From positions 1,798,001-1,862,000 of the forward strand of contig NEEC01000008.1 of the NCBI GenBank assembly GCA_002189035.1: a DNA stretch of 64,000 bases, in the 5' to 3' direction. Position 1 is the first letter of the stretch, and the number at the start of each line of letters is the position of its first letter. This document shows positions 1 through 12,014 of the stretch, piece after piece. The notes below the pieces were generated by a model. The model was not told the DNA's origin. It saw only the letters and a list, made by a program, of their open reading frames with translations, and did no database searches. A program made the translations under genes and the position numbers. Source of the stretch: Utricularia gibba. Taxonomy: Eukaryota; Plantae; Magnoliophyta.

Positions 1-426
1 AGCATGAATGTAATGGAATAAGTTTTCTGGGAATGTCTATGCTTGTATTAGTATGCTTTAGGATGGTTGGCTTATGTGCTCATGTTTCATCTGTAATTTT
101 GCTCCACCTGCTGTGCATTCATAATTTTTTTTTCTTTGTGAGCATTTCTCATTGAAATTGCTGTGAGGGTCACCCTCCAATAAAGATTCATGCACAAGTC
201 ACCAGGAGTATTATATCTTATGCGTTTGTTTGCAGAAAAGACAACGGTTCTTTATTTTGGTGAATTAAATGAGGTGATTCAAAGCCTGTTATGCATGAAC
301 TGTCTAGACAAACTTGTGAACCCTGATTCACGATCTATATATATGGGGATCTAGGTGGCTATATACGGACTTTTGATCCATGCGCTTTCTTTTTTTACTT
401 ACAACTTCATCTCATCTGCTGAACAG

Positions 427-735
427 AGCGTGGCGTTTGATAGATCAAGTGCTCCAAAAAGGTGCCGGGTATCTGGATGGCTTCAAGGACAAGTGAGTGA
501 AGCAGAGAATGGCACGAATGTGCTTTCTTTAGCTGAGTTTACGTATGACCTTGAGAAGAGCAGTGCTCAAACTTTTAAGGTGGAGAAGGCGTTCCCAGCT
601 CCATCCGGCGTTGTCAACACCGTCAGGCTCGATATTCTATCGAACCATGGGAGCCCGTCTCATACGTGCATCTACCGATTGAGAGTACACGGCCATGAAC
701 CCGACTCTCCCCCATCTTCGGAATTGCGGTCTTGA
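427..735 (+). CDS. SUN1: C-terminal exon of a SUN-domain (Sad1/UNC-84) nuclear envelope protein; 5' part lies outside the window
   Basis: After the acceptor aacAG at 425-426 the frame reads [11 protein letters not shown]...[14 protein letters not shown]...[25 protein letters not shown], matching the plant C-terminal SUN1/SUN2 domain; TGA at 733-735. SUN1 versus SUN2 is not resolvable. Confidence 0.9.
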   Translation, partial: SVAFDRSSAPKRCRVSGWLQGQVSEAENGTNVLSLAEFTYDLEKSSAQTFKVEKAFPAPSGVVNTVRLDILSNHGSPSHTCIYRLRVHGHEPDSPPSSELRS

Positions 736-937
736 TGCTACGTAGTTGCTTGTCACAAACTTGTTCTTTAGTCTTCTCTGTTGAGTTAAGCTTTTGCGCC
801 TGTGTTGTAGTTTGTGCCACCGTGTTGTGAAACCAGCGTTGTTCATTTATACTTCAAGTGACTGAATATATATGTTAACGGAAACGCATAATGGGTTTTG
901 GGGAATAGTTGACATTTTCTGTTGATTCGAAGGAACA

Positions 938-2562
938 ATGAGCGTTTCCCTATCATATTTCACCGCCGCGGCGCCCGCTGCCGCCGGCGCTTGCTTTTCG
1001 GCCAAAAAGACGGTGCCTTGGCCTCAATTTTCCGGGTTTCCGCCGGCGAAGAAAAGCATCGTCCGACCATCATGCTCTCTTCAGTCTGATCACGCTGGTG
1101 TGAGCATTTCTCTTATTTCATCTGCTAGCCTGGAATTCTTTCTTTTCTGGGGTAATGGGGAATTCTATTCTCTCGATCGGTGTTTCTGTTTTGAGCGTTT
1201 CGCGCTTCTGGGAAACGCATGCCACAGGGTCACTTTACCGTTTGTTCCCCTCGTTTCTGTAGTTTTGTTGAAAACCATCCTTAGGTTTACTCTTCTCTCC
1301 ATAAAATGTTTACTCTTTTGGAATTTAGTGTCCTGAGTCACCGGAGTTGATTGGCGGCACTTCTCCGGAAGATCAAGGTACTAATGGAATCTATAACAGC
1401 AAATCCCTGTCTGATTTTCTTCTGAAATTCCTCTATGTATGTGGATAGGTGTGTCTGAAAAGAGTGGCAGTCCTCAGAGGATTTCTTCAACTGAGTAATG
1501 TTTACTTGAGTTTTTAGCAAATTTTGGCATACGGCAGCCTTTTTCTTCTGTTATTACATATATCGCCCCTGTTAAAGTGAGTGAAGTTTGGAATGACGAT
1601 TATTGTAATATCCTGTCTTGTCTTTGAACTGGTGAAAGAAATTCATTCTATTTGAAGCCTGTCTGAGTCCAGAGAATGATGTTTATGTTTGTTAAGTTCT
1701 CAGGATACTAAGCAGATTGAAAAGATATGGTGTCTCAGGAATTTTGGCATACGGCCTGCTGAATACTGTGTACTATCTCACCACTTTTCTCATTGTCTGG
1801 TAAGTGGCTGAATGATGGCAATGAAGCATAAGAACAAAAAAAGATATTTTTTCGCTTCCAGAAATCGAACTCCCCCAATGATTGTACCATGTGCATTCTT
1901 GATCATTTCACATCATACCCATTTCAATGAGCCTCAACATGCACACGCACTATATATAATCTTGTGTCTGTTGGTAAGCCTAGCATGAAATCGTTCCATT
2001 TTAGGCTCTTTTGTCACATTCTGTGATGCTGCATAGGTTCTATGTTTCTCCAGCGCCTGGAAAAATGGGTTATTGGGCAGCAGTTGAAAGGTAGCCTCGG
2101 ATCTGAACAGTTCCCTCAGATCAGCTCATGGTTGATGGCGATACTGAATAGGGTGTGTTGGTTGTAGGTTCTTAAAACTAATGGGCGTGGTGTGGGCCGG
2201 GAGCCAAGTAACTAAGCTCATGCGAGCTGGAGGGTGAGGCTGCCTAACTATGCTATGGAATCATCATATTCCTTACATGTCAATGCTTCTTGGAGACTAA
2301 AGGTCTAGTTTATTTTGCATTGTGGTGCATTGCAGCGCTTTGGCTCTTGCGCCATTGGTCGAAAGAGGGCTTTCTTGGTTCACCATCAAGTTCGGTTTTG
2401 AATCACAGGAAAAGGTAGGCTGTGTGGTGCTATGGGATTGTTCACTCGAGAGGAGGGCTCTAAGCCTAGTCTTTGGATGTGCAGTCATGTATGGCGATTG
2501 CTGGGTTGTGCTTTGCTCTGGCCTTGCAGATTTTCTTTTTAGTCACCTTAGTTTGCATGTGA
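938..2562 (+). CDS. Uncharacterised, probably plastid-targeted membrane protein, about 210 aa, 8 exons (938-1099, 1329-1377, 1449-1494, 1704-1799, ~2037-2090, ~2168-2233, ~2336-2414, 2485-2562)
   Basis: Ser/Ala-rich transit-peptide-like N-terminus. GT-AG exons splice in frame to ...SSTEILSRLKRYGVSGILAYGLLNTVYYLTTFLIVWFYVSPAPGKMGYWAAVERFLKLMGVVWAGSQVTKLMRAGGALALAPLVERGLSWF...VTLVCM*, with hydrophobic segments. I recall this as a conserved plant unknown protein. Confidence 0.8.
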
Positions 2563-2785
2563 TGATACAGGATACAATTATTTCAGTTCATAGTTTTGAG
2601 GTTGGGTTCATCCAAATATCCATTTCCTTTATCTTCCCAAAGGTCCTCAAGCGGTCATGTGGTATCTCAGAATCTGCTAAGCAAATTTTTGAGATCAGAG
2701 TGCAGAATATGGCAATACGCTCTTTCAATAACAATTAACAGGACCGGTATGGTAGGTATCATACAGGCAGCATGACATTAACTTG

Positions 2786-4488
2786 TTAGAAATACCCCTC
2801 TAGTAGAATGCTTTTTCCAAAGGATCTGGATCTCAGGTTCTTTACCTTGGCGATTTGATCCTGAAATTCTATCCCTCTTCGTTGATGTCCTGCCATGAGG
2901 GGCTGGACATCTATAATCACCTTTTGAAACAAGTTTTCCTCAAAACCCTCCTTCAGAACACCCTCAAAATCCACATTTTCTCCCGACAAATTGAGCAAGA
3001 TGCTACAAAGCCCCCGTGTGTAGCAATATTCAAGAATGTTGGCTAACCTAGCTCTGTCAAAAGACAGCCTTTGAACCGCTTGTGGTATGCTGAGCGACTC
3101 CTGGAGACTGTCTTTCTTGGACACTATTGTTACATTAGAAGCCTCATCAGCGCTAAGGGCAGGAATGTGAAACTGGGTGTCTTGATCGTCCCACAGCACA
3201 ATCTTTAGAGGTTGGTTAGCCCCAGGTTCCTTAGAAATTGGCCAGGAAGTCTCACTTGACAGTGCTTTAGATGAGAGTATCACAGCATCGTACTCCTGCA
3301 ACAGTTTTGAGTAATACCCACCAACCTCTGCAGCTTCTTCACTGAGATGATTCAGTATACAACCATCAAGTGACATGGAGTATCTGTTACATAAGAAGAT
3401 ATTTAGCCAAGGAGCATACCATGTAGAAATGTTGCTAAAATATGTGGTGAAGCTTCACAATGAAAACGATGGCGCAGGCAGGCCTGCGATCCTGTAAGTA
3501 CCTCAGGGCAACAAAGGGTTTTCCAGTCAGCATACGGTGAATGTACGCTTCGTTGAGGCTTTTGCATAAAACTTCCTCAACCCCTACAATCACTTCAATA
3601 CCAGCATCTTGCAGTTTTTTAAGCCCTGTTGAAGCCACAATTGGATTGGGATCCACCATCCCAACCACAACCTTAATGGAAATGGAGTGCCATATCGATA
3701 AGAACAAAATATTTGATATCTCAATACCAACCATCCAGTTGGTCATCTAATTAGCTCTTTCACTGAACACAAAAAAACACAAGCTCCTCGATATAAGACA
3801 GAAAATCTCCAACACACCTTTCTCACTTTGGCTTTTATTAATGCTTCTGTGCAAGGTGGAGTCCTTCCGTAATGGTTACATGGTTCCAGGGTAACGTATG
3901 CTGTTCCATTTTCAGCAGCATCCCCAGCATCCCTCAGTGCAAAAACCTACAGCATTTTCCCAGATAAAAAAGGCACATTCTCGAGAAAATTCAGAATAAA
4001 TCGGACCACCGTTCATCAAAAACTGATTCCCAGGGCACCTTCAAACATCAGCAGTAACAGAGAGATGCATTTACACGTAAAAACAGTGCATCGAAACAAT
4101 GACATCATTAAGAGATATAGCCATTCACCTCAGCATGAGGCTGCCCAGCTTTGGGATGATACCCTTCTCCAACAATATCCCCATCCTTCAAAATCAGGCA
4201 TCCAACCATCGGATTAGGGCTGGTGCACCCAATAGCCTTCTTCGCAAGATCAACGCACCTCCGCATATAATACCCATCATCGAATTGCTTCACTTGCCGC
4301 TTCTCAGTAAACGATGTGCCACATCGGATCACACATAAATTACAGGTTTTTGCTGCACTACTGGAAGAGTTGCACAGCCATCCCAGGCGATGAATTGCCC
4401 GGGAAAACGCAATATTTCCCCCGTCCCGCCGCTGCCTCGGCAAGGGAAGAGACGCGGGCAACGCGAACGCGAACGTTTCAGTACGCAT
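2786..4488 (-). CDS. PYRD: Riboflavin biosynthesis pyrimidine deaminase (RibD-like PYRD), plastidial, 4 exons
   Basis: ATG at 4488; DDGYYMRRCVDLA...SPNPMVGC...PHAEV|FALRDAG...LEPCNHYGRTPPC has the intact HAE and PCx8C zinc-deaminase motifs; long last exon carries the degenerate reductase-like domain; stop at 2786. Confidence 0.93.
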
Positions 4489-7060
4489 AGTGAGTGTGTC
4501 CGAAGCAAGACACCCAATTTGCTGAAATTTACCTGTTTCCAAAAAGTAGCCCGGCCCGTTTCATTAACGGGCTACCCGAGTTGATCGGGTTAGTCCACCG
4601 ATCCAATACACCAAATCAGGTTGGCCCATTTCAACCAATATACCCAAAGATAGGATTGTTATAACGCATGAATAATTAGTATTTGAATCATGTTTTCCTT
4701 GATTAAGATCTTTTATTTTCGTTTGAATATTATAAATAAATAAACATAAATAAAATTCATATTCTATTAATTCAATAAATGAATACATGTTTGTATTCAT
4801 GTTTATTTATTCAAATAAACGAACAGAAATAAATTTAAATTAAATAAATGAGCATAAATATGTGTACTAGTGTTCATTTGTTTGATATATCAATTCTACC
4901 AAAATATATGGCATAACTATCACATATTGCAATCGAAAACTTATAAATGTGATAGCGATGATGATGTCACTTGATCGTCAAGTTACGTCATCCTCTGCTC
5001 CCATTTTTGTCTCCCGGGCGGGCGCCGTGGTCCAACAATCGCGGTCGGGCCGAAAGAAGGGGGCTTAGGGAATCCCTGCGGGCCTGACGACAGATCCAGT
5101 TTTATTCTATATTTCCCAATATCCCAGCGTCGCCGCCTCGCCGTCAGCCCTCGTCCTCTTCACGCTTTGTTTCTTGGGGGTGGGAGTTCCGCGACAGCAC
5201 GCCTGCTTTATCCTTGAGGGCGACGGCAGCTGCCACGGGGAGGGCGCATGGCTCTCACGTGCAGGTCGGCAGGGCTGCCCCCATACCGAGACTCGCTTCC
5301 TTTTTTGTCTCGTACTCGCAGTAAGCCACGGTCGCGTCAGGCGAGTATGTTGGCCGCTGTAGATTTCGACCGGCCAAGTTCATGTCATCTTATTTTGTTA
5401 AAATTGATGATTGAATTAGCCGAATCCGTGAAGTTTAAATATATAATAAACGTAAATCATATTAAAAAAATTATACTTAATCGATTACTAATATGAGTGA
5501 GTATCACAGGATATTTTATTTTTCGATGTAAGATTACTTATTCTAATATATTTGAAGTTAAGGGCATGCGTGATCTTGCGAAGGTGCGTTGGAAGCTATC
5601 CTTAAATTGCACACAACATCTATCTGTATGATTGGCCGTCGGGGTCGGGAATTGATCAATGAATGCTCCGGGCCGGGATGCTCCCGAGGAGCAAGCATGA
5701 CGGCTGATCTCAGATCATAAAGAAGGCCAGGCCAGCTCACGCTCACGGAGTGACTGTGTGACAGACAGACCTACCATGTGCACTTAATATTTCTGTCAAC
5801 TCCCTGAATACGAAAACAGCCCTGCCAGCACCCACACCGGATCTTCACGACTGCGCACCGCCATCCACCTGATCGGAACTGCAACGTCTTACCTACAGAT
5901 AATCACAGAGCCTGCCTGCATGGCACCCCCTTATTTTATTACCAGGGTGTGGCGGTTGCGGGGGTGGGGCGAGAAGAGATCTTTGTCCCATTTAGGAACA
6001 GAGCGCGCGTGGGGTGGGGTGGGGGTGGAGCGGCCGGGATGGGACAGTGGAGCGCGGGGGCGGGAGTCAGGGTACTTCACGTGGCCCGGACGGGAACCGG
6101 AATGGCGCAGCCATGGCCACGTAAAATCCTTACTCTTCATACGTACACTTTCTGTTGTATCGCTTCATCCTCCAATCCCCATCTCGCTCCCTCTCTAGAT
6201 CATCTTTCTGTGTCGTGTCGCTCCAAAAAAAGATGCCTCGGCTGCTTCAACCTTCTAATTCAATTTTCTTCTTTTAGCTTTTGGTAACAAAAAGAAAATA
6301 AATAAATAAATAATAAATGTTTGTATCCGATTTTAACAAAAATCTCGTATATCTATTTTTAGTTTCATGTTTTCTTATTTTGAAGAAAAAATATAGTATA
6401 ATATTAATGAGATTCTTTTATTATTTAAGCATATATTATTCTCAATTTATATCAAATGTGAAATACTAACATTAGACTTCAAATCTTATATTTTTGTCAC
6501 TCAGCGTCTTCACATTTGACATGTGCTCAAATTTAATTTTAATTTCAAATATCATGTTCATTTTATATAATATTATCTATTTTGAATAGTCAATGTTCAT
6601 AATTTTACATTCATCTATTTTAAAATCATGGGTTGGAATCTAGGGTTGACTCGGTCCAACCCAATCCCATGATATTTTTGGATTCGAATTTAATATATTT
6701 TTTTTATAAAAAATTAAAAATTCTCTGAAATTGAGAAACATTAAAATATAAATAATTATTTTTTATCTTTATAATATATTTATAATGATTTTAACCCAAT
6801 TCAACCCATTATAAAAACGATTCAACCCAAAATCAATAATAATTCAAATGATAGATTGAAGCCGTTTTTTAAAACACTGGCTCTCCATTTTTGCAATATT
6901 TGATTTTCCGTGTTTTTTTTGAGTCATGCAAAACCCTAATTTCCTTACAAAATGCAGAGATTATTACAGTTTAAAATCATGGAGACGATACACCTGGTTG
7001 GAGGAGGCATTTATTATTTTCATTTATTTGTGAATTACAAATATTGTGAGAGGGGATGGA

Positions 7061-7070
7061 GCCACGTGTC
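7061..7070 (+). promoter_or_regulatory. G-box/ABRE-like element (gcCACGTGtc) about 250 bp upstream of the NCED ATG
   Basis: CACGTG at 7063-7068 in ABRE context; function inferred, not shown. Confidence 0.5.
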
Positions 7071-7274
7071 GATCAGCGGAGTGGTATCGCATTCGCATCT
7101 AGGTGAGGTGTGTTAGGGCGGGCGGGCACTCCGAGTTTCTTGATTGTATTTTTTCAATATTTAATATTAAAAAAATGGCATAATTAGAAACGTTGACCCT
7201 TTCGCTTGGGGAGCAGTATGAGGGGGAGGCAACATTGTAGAAATGAAATATCTGATCCTTGCAAGAGAAGCCTC

Positions 7275-7281
7275 TATAAAT
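7275..7281 (+). promoter_or_regulatory. TATA box of NCED
   Basis: cTATAAATa at 7275-7281, 35 nt upstream of the ATG at 7316. Confidence 0.55.
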
Positions 7282-7315
7282 ATCATTTCCATTATCTGTC
7301 TTGTTTAAACTAAAA

Positions 7316-9024
7316 ATGGCTGCATCCTCCCCTGTTTCTTCCCGCTTGTACTCCACTCTGCCGCCGCGGAGGCCGCTCCCATGTCCACAGTCTTCCGATG
7401 GGGGAGTTTCGGGTCCTATGCGGAGAGTGCAAGTCTCCCTTTCTCATTCCGGAGATGAGGTTCTGCACCGGTTGGGCCCGTTGCAGAGGGCGGCGGCGAG
7501 TGTGATTGACGCCCTTGAGGGATTCCTGGCCTCCCATGAGGCTCGGTGCCCGCTTCGGAGAACGGTGGACCCCGGGTTCAGGTGGCGGGGAATTATGCCC
7601 CGGTGCCGGAGCAACCGGTGAAGCACGATCTTGAGGTTACTGGGAGAATTCCGGCGTGCATTAATGGGGTTTATGTGCGAAACGGGGCAAACCCGTACCA
7701 CGATCCGATTGGGGGGCACCACCTGTTCGATGGAGACGGAATGCTTCACGCCGTCACTATTTCTGGGGAGAGTAACAGGAACGCCGCCAGTTATGCTTGT
7801 AGGTTCACGGAGACGGAGAGGCTGATTCAGGAGCGTCATTTGGGAAGATCAGTTTTCCCGAAAGCTATCGGAGAACTCCACGGCCGGTTGGGTATCGTAA
7901 AGCTGCTTCTTTTCTACGCTAGGTGTTTGTTTGGTGTTGTGGATCACCGCCGTGGGACAGGGGTGGCGAACGCCGGCGTGATTTACTTCAATCGGCGGCT
8001 GTTAGCCATGTCGGAAGACGATTGTCCTTACCATGTGAGGGTCACTCCCACCGGCGACCTGGAAACCATCGGAAGATTCGACTTCGGTGGGGGGTTGAGC
8101 ACTATGATCGCGCACCCCAAAATTGACCCTGCTTCCGGCGAGCTCTACGCCTTAAGTTACGACGTTGTCCATAAGCCGTACTTGAAGTTCTTTAGAGTCT
8201 CGGTGGACGGTAAGAAGTCCCCTGACATAGAGATTCCATTGGAATCACCAACGATGATCCACGATTTCACCATTACAGAGAACTTCGTGGTGATCCCTGA
8301 TCAGCAAATGGTTTTCAGGGTCGGAGAAATGGTGAAGGGTGGTTCTCCTTTGATATACGACAGGGAAAAAACTTCGAGGTTTGGAGTTATGTCCAAAAGC
8401 GCTGAAAACTGCAACGACATTGTCTGGATCGATTGCCCTGAGACGTTCTGCTTCCATTTTTGGAATTCATGGGAGGAGCCAGAGACGAACGAAATCGTGG
8501 TAATCGGATCTTGCATGACGCCTGCAGATTCCATCTTCGTAGATTCCGGCGGGAAATTGGAAAGCATTCTATCCGAAATCCGCCTCAATATCACCACCGG
8601 AACATCCCGCCGCCGCCCAATTCTCATGTCCTCGTATAAAATCAACCTCGAAATGGGCACGGTGAACCTGAATCTTCTCGGCCGGAAAACCCGGTACGCG
8701 TACCTGGCGATCGCAGAGCCCTGGCCCAAAGTCTCTGGCATCGCGAAGGTCAACCTATTCACCGGGGAACTGCACATGCTGTTGTACGGCGAGAACAGAT
8801 TCGGCGGGGAGACGTTTTTCGTGCCCAGAGACTGTAACCCCTACAGCGAAGAGGACGGGTACATCCTGAGCTTCGTCCACGACGAGACCACCCGGAGATC
8901 GGAGCTTCAGATCATAAACGCCATCAGCCTTCAGCTGGAAGCCTCGGTGGCGGTTCCCTCCCGCGTCCCTTACGGGTTCCACGGCACCTTCATGTCATCG
9001 GAGCAGCTAAAAAATCAAGCTTGA
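7316..9024 (+). CDS. NCED: 9-cis-epoxycarotenoid dioxygenase (intronless), interrupted in this sequence by a -1 frameshift at about 7570-7576
   Basis: Transit peptide MAASSP... and [16 protein letters not shown]...PLRRTVDP in one frame; [16 protein letters not shown]...GANP...[10 protein letters not shown] continues in another. The four Fe-ligand His motifs are present (TMIAHPK, TMIHDF, FCFHFWN, YGFHGTF). Confidence 0.93.
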
Positions 9025-9339
9025 TTTCTCCCTGAAAACCCCCAACAGGAACCCAACCGAGACCAGTTTTTTGGTGAGAGTCACGCTTCTTCTCTGTACA
9101 GAACAAATTCATGTATAAGGTAACGTTGACATCCCCCTCTGGTCAACGCCATCTCCGATCGCCCTCGTTTCTCTAATAATTTTAGGATTATAACTTCCAA
9201 AACATTCAAATGTGAAATTTTTAATTTTTTAAAAATAATAATCACTTCTAAATCATTCGCATTTAAAAATAAAATTATATTTAAATATTATTTTCCTTGC
9301 AACAATTCAAGGAAGTGGGCCCTACATTTAAATAATACT

Positions 9340-9360
9340 AATAATAATAATAATAATAAT
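9340..9360. repeat. (AAT)7 microsatellite
   Basis: Read directly from the sequence. Confidence 0.9.
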
Positions 9361-10085
9361 AGTATGGTGCTTCCTTGATCATGATTATGAATGGAAAAAA
9401 CGATGAATTTGTGGTGGTTAGTGCATCAAAAATCGATGCACTATCAGAATTTTTATCTTTATTATTGAATTTCCAGAAATTAAAAAAGAAAAAAAAGAAA
9501 GGGGGGGATTATCCTATCCATTTTTAAATTGTTTACATACATATTCAATGATTATGTGTTGTGTCGGTTGAGTGGGCGTTGCCCAGCAGGACGGTGAGCA
9601 GGCCCACCAGAGGGCCCATAAATAGACCCGTTTCACGTGGGCTACAATGGTCTTGCCACGGCCACGTGGAGTCATTCCTCATCACAATCGTCTTTCCTGA
9701 GAATTTATATAAAAAATTTAGGAGTAAAATTTTCTACCATATAATATATTATTTTATATAACGAAAATTAATGTGATCCAATGTACTAAATATGTTGAAA
9801 TTAAAAACCCGATAAATCAAACAAACACAAAGAAATCTAAGTACATAAAAACATAAATCATATTTTAAAAAAAATAGATATAATTAATTAATAATAATTA
9901 ATAATAATTTATATATTTAATTAATTTACCTTAAAAAACTGTCTTTTTCTGAGAGCATATAAAGACGAAAAAAAAGGAATGCATGGGAAGGGTGTTGCAC
10001 AGGGAAGGGAAGAAGGGAAGCTGGAGGTCTTGCTGTTATGACACACTGATCGTCAAGCATGGGTGGAGTTTTCTCATGTAGTTTT

Positions 10086-12014
10086 TCACATACGCGGTGC
10101 CACTGGAGAGTTGTCCCAGGGAGCGACGACATGGCGGCGGGTGATTTCTCCGATTGACCGGCACCCACTGAGCGCCATCGTCAGCTCAAATTCGTCCCGC
10201 AGCATCTGGAGCATCTTGCTGACTCCAGCTTCACCATGCGCAGCTAGCGCAAACAGAACCGGCCTCCCAATCTGTGATCATGGACAAGTTGTGGGCTTTT
10301 GGTGCTACTGTAAAATCACTAGTTTGCAGTACTTACGAATACACCAGATGCTCCTAACGCCAAGGCCTTGAAGACGTCTGTGCCGCGCCGGATTCCTCCG
10401 TCCACGAAAACTGGAACTCTGCCCTGTACAGCTTTCACAACCTGGGAAGAAGCAAGCATCTTCTTGTGTTGTGGGAGTTGTTGCTAGGCATGTGAAAGGG
10501 GAAAGAGGGGCAGGAAGAGACCTCCTCCAGGGCTGTTATGGTTGCTGGAACATAGTCGAGTTGTCGAGCGCCGTGGTTGGAAACAACGATCCCTTCTGCT
10601 CCACTCTCTAGTGCCAGAGTTGCTGCAAAATCCCTTGGGCTGTAGATCAAAACTTAAGCTGGGGTGTCGAAGTAGAACATTATTTGCTCACCATCGTCAC
10701 CAGTGAGCACTCCCTTGATCAGAATTGGCAGCTTGGTGATTGTTCGCAGCCAGGTTACATCCTGATTGTTATGTGAAGTTTCAAGAAAGTGACGATTTTG
10801 AATGGATCAGTGCACAGAAAAGCTTTCACACCTTCCAGCTGAGAGAGCGGTCGATTTGGTTGGCAGCATAAGTAGCAAGTCCAGAGTCATCACTCTGGAG
10901 AATCCAATCACAAGATGGATAAATGAATGCTTCTGAAAACTAAACAAGTTCAAAGTGTATCCACCTTCTCAAATGTGCCGAGATCCAGGCCCTCGAAGTT
11001 CTTGAGAGTTAAATGGGGAGGCAAAGTGAATCTGCACACATGAATCTATCTTGTGTCCCACGAAGGGGCGACAAAATAAGAGAAGAAGAGGAGAAAAGAA
11101 GACAAAAAGCAAGCCTGTTTTTTATGTCAGCTTCCCTTCTGCCTAGCCGTGGAGTGTCTGCAGTAAGTGCTATTGCCTTGAAACCAGCTCTCTCTGCTCG
11201 TCTTACGAGTTGTGCCACAACGTTTCTATCTTTGAGGACCTGCAGGAAAAGCGATCAAAACAAGTGTAGAGAAATACATCGTGAAGTTGGTTGAACCAAA
11301 GCAACAATTAGCAGGAGAAGCAGAGAAAATCTTGATCACAGGCTCACATAAAGTTGGAAGATGCGAATTCCAGGCCCTGTTGAGGCCACCTCCTCGACGC
11401 TTGATGTTGCCCAAGATGACAAGCCCTGCATTGTCACTCAAGGATCAGGTAGATAAACACTTCACACAAGTTACTTATCAGAGTTGCACTGGTTTCAAAA
11501 ACCATTATGGTGCCAGCAGCAGCGGTTGCTCTTGCTGTGGCAAGCTCTCCTGCATTCCCAAGTAAAATCAATAGTTGAAGAATGCAGATGCTGCCCATAA
11601 ACAGAGGCAAGGTAGCAGAAAAGGACACTGTTTTTTTGGTATACCTTCCGGATGTGCCATCTTCTGCATAGCAGAGGGAGCAACCATGATAGGCATGGAT
11701 ATGTTGAAGCCCAGAACGGTTGTGGATATATCAACCTTAGTCACATCTATCAGAACACGAGGCCGGAAACTGAGAAAGAAGAAAATAAATCATCTGCGTT
11801 GTAGGGGATAGTGCATAGTTCGAAAACACTAGCTGAATTCTGTTGGGAGGAGAAGCTACAGAATTCTGGAAAATGCATTTCGATTTTCTTGGAGACTCCA
11901 TTGGTCCTCTGCACCAGATGCAAAATAATCATAAACCATCTTTGGCAGTTTCTCCTTAGCAATGGCCTCAAACTCCATGACGTTTGTGATCCTATCCATT
12001 GTCTCGGACGCCAT
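10086..12014 (-). CDS. GLO: Peroxisomal glycolate oxidase / (S)-2-hydroxy-acid oxidase (FMN-dependent), 11 exons
   Basis: [115 protein letters not shown]; ends ...APRM* (PTS1-type tripeptide), TGA at 10088-10086. Confidence 0.95.

Noticed and set aside
4680-4890. AT-rich stretch with a 9-bp hairpin (atgaataca/tgtattcat, 4779-4800) resembling a MITE
   Set aside because: No definable termini or target-site duplication; short inverted matches are expected in such AT-rich DNA.
5000-6290. GC-rich islands and short ORFs (62-112 aa) upstream of NCED
   Set aside because: No recognisable domain, splice structure or consistent frame.
6624-6830. Imperfect hairpin and repeated aacccaa motifs
   Set aside because: Suggestive of a non-autonomous TE remnant but too degenerate to call.
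7444-8982. Long antisense and alternative-frame ORFs over NCED (e.g. 8301-8777, 158 aa)
   Set aside because: Shadow ORFs of a GC-rich intronless CDS.
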